Source: Candidatus Brocadia sp. (lineage in GTDB: Bacteria; Planctomycetota; Brocadiia; Brocadiales; Brocadiaceae). Taken from it: 32,000 nt of DNA. The notes under the pieces were generated by a model, which saw only the letters and a program-made list of their open reading frames with translations, was not told where the DNA came from and made no database searches. The first letter of the stretch is position 1. Each line of letters opens with the position of its first letter. This document shows, in pieces, positions 27,079 to 32,000 of the stretch. The position numbers and the translations under genes are program-made. The stretch is from positions 1,230,001 to 1,262,000 of the forward strand of contig CP091279.1 of NCBI GenBank assembly GCA_021650915.1, read 5' to 3'.

Positions 27079-29108
27079 GTGAGGACATTCCGCGGTGAGG
27101 GTGGGCGTGCCTTGAAGTATGGGATACCTGAGTGGTTGAAAATATCACCTCTGCGAGCCTAAATCCTCGTAGAGAAGTTTGTACCTATGCGTATACAAAG
27201 GAGCAATCCGTGTGCGTAGAAGGATAGCGTATTCCCGTGAGGGGTATGACGGAGTTACGAGGTACAGACGACCTTTTGGGGTGTATGAATATGGCGTGTT
27301 AGTTCGTGCCAACTGCCCTTTCTCAGTAAAGCACTGACAAATGTCCTTGTTGGAGATGATGCAAGCGATTCGGTGAAAACATCTCTGGATAATGCGTTTG
27401 AACATACATCACGAAGGGAAAAGGGGTAATCCATATGACCGGGGGAGGACTTACGTCTTGGGAAGAAATTCCCTAACAGCGAGGTATAAGGGAAATCCGA
27501 AATCCAAGCTGTATGAGATGGTGACGGACGACTGGCTCTCACAGGTCTGTCTTTGAAGTCGTCAGCAGTGCTCATAATAGTTTCTGGTGTAAGCCGGAAA
27601 TGAAGGGGCATAACCGTAGTGGAGTTGATGAAAGTGGTAGATTGAATACGTTCCATGAGAAAAGAGACTCTTTGCATGGGCAAGTAGTAGCAAGAGCCTC
27701 TCTTGTTTTGCCTCTGTCAGGAGGAATCTCGACTCAGGAAACACGATTGACAAGTCTATTATCCGGAATCAATCAAAAGGAACATATCGGGAGATGCTTA
27801 AGTATCATTCTTTAAGAGACAAGGTATTCAGTCTGAGAAACCTTTATGCGGCTTTTGGGCACGTAAAGAAGAATAAAGGCAAGGCTGGTCTCGACAGGGT
27901 AAGTATTAAGCAGTTTGAAAGTGACCTTGAGAATAATCTACAAGCTATTCACAAGGAACTGAAAACCGCCATATACAACCCTGCGCCCGTCTTAAGGGTC
28001 TACATTCCCAAAGGCAGGCATGGCAAGAGACCTCTTGGCATTCCCATTGTCAAGGACAGGGTAGTACAGCAGGCGTTCAGACAAATCATAGAGCCAATAT
28101 TCGAGAAAGAATTCTCGGATAACAGCTTTGGATTTCGTCCAAACAGATGCTGTCATGATGCTATCAAACGGATTGAACAGTATAAGCAGCAAGGGTATCG
28201 GAACATTTTGGACGCCGATATAAAGGCGTTCTATGATACCATACCTCACAAGCTTATCATGAACTCCTTGCGTGAGAAAATTGCTGACGGATGGGTGTTG
28301 AACAGTATCGAGAACATGCTCAAGGCAGGGGTCATGGAGGACGGCATCGTGCATGAGACAAATCAAGGCACTCCGCAAGGAGGCGTCATATCTCCCTTGC
28401 TTGCAAACCTTATCGGTGACATCATCGACAAGGAGCTTGAAAAGGCAGAATATAAATTTGTCCGCTATGCCGATGACTTCGTTGTCATGACTAAAACGAA
28501 AGAAGAACTCCCTGCCGCCCTTCAGTACGTCAAGGAAATCATCGAAGGGAAACTTGAAATGAAGCTGAACGAGGATAAAACCAGGCTCACCAACTTCAAA
28601 CGAGGCTTCCGGTTTCTCGGATATAATTTCATGGGCAAGAACAAGGGTGTAAGCATGAAATCCCTGGACAAACTCAAGGACGCCGTCAGGGACATCACCA
28701 AACGCACACAAGGCGTCAACCTGCAAGCCGTCATTGATACATTAAATCCTGTCATAAGGGGACATGTCAACTATTTTCGGCTGGGCAATGTACAAACGGT
28801 ATATCGCTCGTTAGACTGCTGGGTACGCATGAGACTGAGAAGTTTCAAGTTTTCGAGAAAATGGAAAACTGACAACAAACGTTTCCCGGTACACCGATTC
28901 TTTAAGATGGGGTTACTCTCATTTGAAAGAGAATTTCTTAAGGCACGTGCAAAGGCATGATAGGTTACTTTTCTCTGCTCCAGAGCAACACTATGGGGTC
29001 GCTAACTACGGGAAAGCCGTATGGTTTAAAAGGATACTTTGTCACGTTGTCCAAAGTATCTGGCGACGATTGGGGGTTGGAGGCGATTCGCCTCCTCCCT
29101 ACCAGCTA
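27079..29108 (+). mobile_element. Group II intron with intron-encoded RT/maturase, inserted in the AGCS symporter gene (boundaries approximate)
   Basis: The RT ORF lies in the expected DIV position. The DVI-like hairpin GGAGGCG-ATT-CGCCTCC is followed by TCCCT[A]CCAGCTA (29077-29108). In-frame GTGAG candidates for the 5' end are at 27079 and 27095, and a canonical GTGCG is at 27212. A DV-like AAGCCGTATGG is at 29014-29024, but I could not fold a canonical 34-nt DV by eye. Confidence 0.7.
27794..28960 (+). CDS. Group II intron reverse transcriptase/maturase (no endonuclease domain)
   Basis: 388 aa. RT blocks are RPLGIPIVKDRVVQQA, FGFRPNRCCHDA, LDADIKAFYDTIPH, GTPQGGVISPLLANL and VRYADDFVVM. 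The maturase X block is LNPVIRGHVNYFRLGN. There is no HNH/En extension. Confidence 0.9.
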   Translation: MLKYHSLRDKVFSLRNLYAAFGHVKKNKGKAGLDRVSIKQFESDLENNLQAIHKELKTAIYNPAPVLRVYIPKGRHGKRPLGIPIVKDRVVQQAFRQIIEPIFEKEFSDNSFGFRPNRCCHDAIKRIEQYKQQGYRNILDADIKAFYDTIPHKLIMNSLREKIADGWVLNSIENMLKAGVMEDGIVHETNQGTPQGGVISPLLANLIGDIIDKELEKAEYKFVRYADDFVVMTKTKEELPAALQYVKEIIEGKLEMKLNEDKTRLTNFKRGFRFLGYNFMGKNKGVSMKSLDKLKDAVRDITKRTQGVNLQAVIDTLNPVIRGHVNYFRLGNVQTVYRSLDCWVRMRLRSFKFSRKWKTDNKRFPVHRFFKMGLLSFEREFLKARAKA

Positions 29109-30326
29109 GGGGAAGGGGATATCAGCCCGTTCCAGGCCGTAAACGTCGCGCTTGGCGGAACGGTGGGGGTTGGGAATATCGCAGGTGTGGCGACGGCTAT
29201 TGCGGCGGGAGGACCCGGCGCAATCTTCTGGATGTGGGTATCGGGAGTTCTCGGGATGGGCACCAAGTTCTTTGAGGTCGCCCTTGGCATTCACTACCGG
29301 AGAAGGGAACCGGGCGGATCGATGGTCGGCGGCCCTATGACGTACATCAGCTGCGGTATGGGTCCGGCATGGAGATGGTTCGCATTGGTATTTGCACTGC
29401 TCGGTGCACTGACGGCATTCGTAATCGGGAACATGGTGCAATCGAATTCCGTAGCCGAAGGACTCAGCTATTTTCATATCCCGACCTGGATGACTGGCAC
29501 AGGACTTCTCGTTTTTGTCGGGCTGGTAACTATTGGCGGGATCCAGAGGATTGCCCACGTGGCTATCGTCTGTGTCCCGTTTATGTGCATCGTTTACATG
29601 CTGGGCGCCCTTGCAATTATTTTATCGAATATCGCCTCTATGCCATCCGCACTGATGATGATCGTGCAGGATGCATTCCGGCCAACGACGGCTATCGGGG
29701 GATTTGCCGGTGCAGCGCTCATGCAGACGATCCGTTACGGGATTGCCGGAGGTGTTTTCAGCAATGAGGCAGGGCTGGGAAGCGCCCCGATCGCCCACGC
29801 AACTGCCAGGACCGATTACCCTGTACGCCAGGCATTCTGGGGTATGATGGAGGTGTTTGTCGATACGATCATCATGTGCACGGCAACGGCGCTCGTAATC
29901 ATTCTGAGCGACGCCTGGAAATCCGGTGAAACCGGGGCATCATTGACAATTCATGGTTTCTCATCACTGTTTGGCATAGAGGCTGGTTCTGCCATTGTCG
30001 CCTTCTGTATGGCGCTCACCGCTTACGACACCAACATTGCCTGGTGCTTTTATGGGGAGACGTGCGCCGCATATCTCCTGGGTCATGGCCACATCGTCAG
30101 ATATACTTACCGTTTCCTGTGGCTGCCCCTTGTGCTGGCAGGGGCAGTGGTTAAACTGGATATGGTATGGAGTATTGCGGATACCATGAACGGTCTGATG
30201 GCAATACCCAACCTCATCGCACTGGTAGTGCTTGCGCCGGTTGTGGTGCGTCTGATCCGTGATTTCGAAGGAACATTTTCCCGTTCTCACGGTGTCGCTG
30301 GTCTGCACAAAACCCCTCATTCGTGA
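29109..30326 (+). CDS. Alanine/glycine:cation symporter (AGCS family), exon 2
   Basis: GEGDISPFQAVNVALGGTVGVGNIAGVATAIAAGGPGAIFWMWVSGVLGM is the AGCS signature region, followed by multiple TM segments to the stop at 30326. The exon start could be 29103, 29109 or 29110. Confidence 0.8.
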   Translation, partial: GEGDISPFQAVNVALGGTVGVGNIAGVATAIAAGGPGAIFWMWVSGVLGMGTKFFEVALGIHYRRREPGGSMVGGPMTYISCGMGPAWRWFALVFALLGALTAFVIGNMVQSNSVAEGLSYFHIPTWMTGTGLLVFVGLVTIGGIQRIAHVAIVCVPFMCIVYMLGALAIILSNIASMPSALMMIVQDAFRPTTAIGGFAGAALMQTIRYGIAGGVFSNEAGLGSAPIAHATARTDYPVRQAFWGMMEVFVDTIIMCTATALVIILSDAWKSGETGASLTIHGFSSLFGIEAGSAIVAFCMALTAYDTNIAWCFYGETCAAYLLGHGHIVRYTYRFLWLPLVLAGAVVKLDMVWSIADTMNGLMAIPNLIALVVLAPVVVRLIRDFEGTFSRSHGVAGLHKTPHS

Positions 30327-30431
30327 CCAGACTCTTCTCGGACAGAGCAGATTTAAGGAAAATATCGTATCAGCAATATCAGCCCCCCGGGCATCTTGCC
30401 TGACGTGAACAACATCACAGAAAGAACCTGC

Positions 30432-32000
30432 TCAACGAAGAGCAAGAAACGACAGCATTCGTTTTGCCAGCCAGGACATCATTGTTACGGATATTTTGCG
30501 GATAACCGATACGCTGATCGTGTCGCATATAATCTCACGGTATGGTTTTTTCCCTGACACGCTGTCGAATAACGCCTTTCTCAAGGCCGGTTCAGTATGT
30601 GCAATCCGGATAACTGGCGTCAGAAAACCATAATAAGCGCCCCAGATTACCAGTCTCCTCACGGTATGCGCATAGGGAAGGTCCCTTATGACCTCGCGAA
30701 AGCTCTTGAGATAGATCCGAAATGCCTGCCTGGAGATTCCCACGTCCACCATGACCTCCGCCGCTCTGATACCCATCAAACAGGCGGAATTAACCCCTTT
30801 GCCTTTGAACGGGCGAATAAGCCCTGCCGCGTCTCCAATGGTAACATATCTGTCGCCAAAGAGATGTTTGGCAGGTTTTATGGGAAAACAACCACGATGA
30901 TAGTCGAGATTCTTCTGCGATTCATTGAAATTTTTGGGAAGTATTTCCTGAACATCCGTCAGGCGTAAAAACTCGTCCATCGACCGGGAGGAAATCTTTG
31001 CGCCGGCAATGTTGATGGTATAATGATCTGCCTTGGGGGTTATTGCGCCAAACTCTATGCCTTTTATGGGCGGCAGAAAGGCGTGGATATATCCATCCGT
31101 CTCTTCCAAGCTGTGATGCTCCCCCTTCGGGTGAAATTTGGTAAGCAAGGTTAATAAATGTTTGGGCGACCGATAGGGTGTTTCACGCTCAAATATCCTG
31201 TGGGTGTCTTCTTCAAGGCCAAATGCCCCGACAACGGCATCGGCCCGCACGTGTTTTGTTTCACTGTATACCGTAACGATATCGTTTGCAATTTCAATAT
31301 CGGTGACCTTGCTGCTGATGACTGTGGCTCCGGCTTCTTTTGCCTTTTGTAAGAGATAGGCGTCAAACTGTACCCGCCGGAGCGCATAAGAAACCTCTCC
31401 TTTTCCATCGAGTTTCATGACATGGCCGCTGGTATGAAGATAATAGCCAGGAACTTCCCGTTTCACGAGGTGCCAGGGGAAAGGGGCGCCCAGGTTATCC
31501 GCAAGAATATGTTCGATGGGTTGTGAGAGCACGCCGGCGCATTCATTGTGGTCAATCCCCCCTTCAAAGTCCTTGTATTCATAAATAATAACATTCAGGT
31601 TCATATTGCGTTTCTTTGCAAGATTTTTCAGGGCGATTGCGCAACTGGCGCCGGCAGGGCCTCCGCCGATTATTGCAACGGTCTGACCCTCCTTCAGGGG
31701 ACCCAGATATCCTGCCGGGAGATGTTTTTGTCTTTTCATACGCCAGGAGAGTATAGGATGCCGGAAATAATCATATCCCTGCCTCACCGCCGCGCGCACT
31801 ATGTGCGGAAACATGGCAAGGTGCAAGCGCACGTCAATAGCCCTGGAAAATATCTCTTTATAGCTTGCATTGCCGGTAACCATATCCCAAAGGATATGGT
31901 TAATCTGGATCGATTCCCATGCATGCTGTTGATTCGTCAGGAGGTCAATTTGCACGTTTACCAGATGTTTCCTGGACGTGGTATGCTCATGGATGCGGAA
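30432..32000 (-). CDS. FAD-dependent oxidoreductase (geranylgeranyl-reductase-like), N-terminus possibly beyond the window
   Basis: VAIIGGGPAGASCAIAL (Rossmann GxGxxG) and GDAAGLIRPFKGKGVNSA. The frame stays open from the GTG at 31955 to the window edge, so the true start may lie outside. About 90 aa or more lie upstream of the FAD motif. Confidence 0.7.
   Translation of the reverse strand, partial: FRIHEHTTSRKHLVNVQIDLLTNQQHAWESIQINHILWDMVTGNASYKEIFSRAIDVRLHLAMFPHIVRAAVRQGYDYFRHPILSWRMKRQKHLPAGYLGPLKEGQTVAIIGGGPAGASCAIALKNLAKKRNMNLNVIIYEYKDFEGGIDHNECAGVLSQPIEHILADNLGAPFPWHLVKREVPGYYLHTSGHVMKLDGKGEVSYALRRVQFDAYLLQKAKEAGATVISSKVTDIEIANDIVTVYSETKHVRADAVVGAFGLEEDTHRIFERETPYRSPKHLLTLLTKFHPKGEHHSLEETDGYIHAFLPPIKGIEFGAITPKADHYTINIAGAKISSRSMDEFLRLTDVQEILPKNFNESQKNLDYHRGCFPIKPAKHLFGDRYVTIGDAAGLIRPFKGKGVNSACLMGIRAAEVMVDVGISRQAFRIYLKSFREVIRDLPYAHTVRRLVIWGAYYGFLTPVIRIAHTEPALRKALFDSVSGKKPYREIICDTISVSVIRKISVTMMSWLAKRMLSFLALR

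Noticed and set aside
27255-27683. A 142-aa minus-strand ORF inside the RT-encoding intron.
   Set aside because: It lies antisense to intron domains I-III with no RBS or recognisable motifs. It is probably a chance ORF.
27794-28960. Could the RT belong to a retron or a diversity-generating retroelement rather than a group II intron?
   Set aside because: The protein has the group II-type blocks (SPLLANL, RYADDFVV) and a maturase X motif (RGHVNYFRLGN). A DVI-like hairpin follows the ORF and the element splits a gene in frame. I saw no TR/VR repeat pair and no msr/msd-like inverted repeats.

Overview
This is a 32-kb bacterial chromosomal window. The backbone is ordinary housekeeping genes: guaA (5' end cut by the window edge), futalosine-pathway menaquinone genes (mqnC-like, mqnA), a block of secreted and membrane hypotheticals (FmdE-like, CARDB, GlcG/HbpS-like), two tandem tRNA-Ser genes, a bifunctional-nuclease-family gene, a CPBP protease, ubiX, sppA, gltX, a Uma2 endonuclease, cysS, an HD hydrolase, mazG, hemB, an alanine/glycine:cation symporter, and a FAD oxidoreductase that stays open to the 3' edge. 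On top of this sits an unusually dense load of selfish and repetitive DNA. (1) A 5.2-kb three-level insertion-sequence nest lies at about 7.84-13.07 kb. An IS1634-like element was hit once in its 5' leader by a 1.85-kb IS and once inside its transposase by a 1.5-kb IS flanked by TTAA; removing that insert plus one TTAA restores the reading frame. (2) Two group II introns lie at 25.9-29.1 kb. One is a 718-nt ORF-less, ribozyme-only copy on the minus strand in the hemB/symporter spacer. The other encodes an RT/maturase on the plus strand and splits the symporter gene. (3) A 1.2-kb gene-free spacer beside tRNA-Ser carries two identical 37-nt direct repeats separated by 33 nt (CRISPR-like, no cas genes in the window). 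(4) A ~235-bp inverted-repeat pair brackets 5.6 kb of core genes. (5) At least five families of REP-like palindromes and short conserved boxes recur in the spacers. I see no canonical defence operon, rRNA or prophage. The most interesting items in my judgement are the intron pair (a ribozyme-only intron beside an IEP-encoding intron of a different sequence type) and a conserved 20-nt box that abuts the ORF-less intron and recurs at two intron-free sites. Taxonomy is a guess only: the futalosine pathway plus this repeat style is reminiscent of Planctomycetota/anammox-type genomes, unverified.
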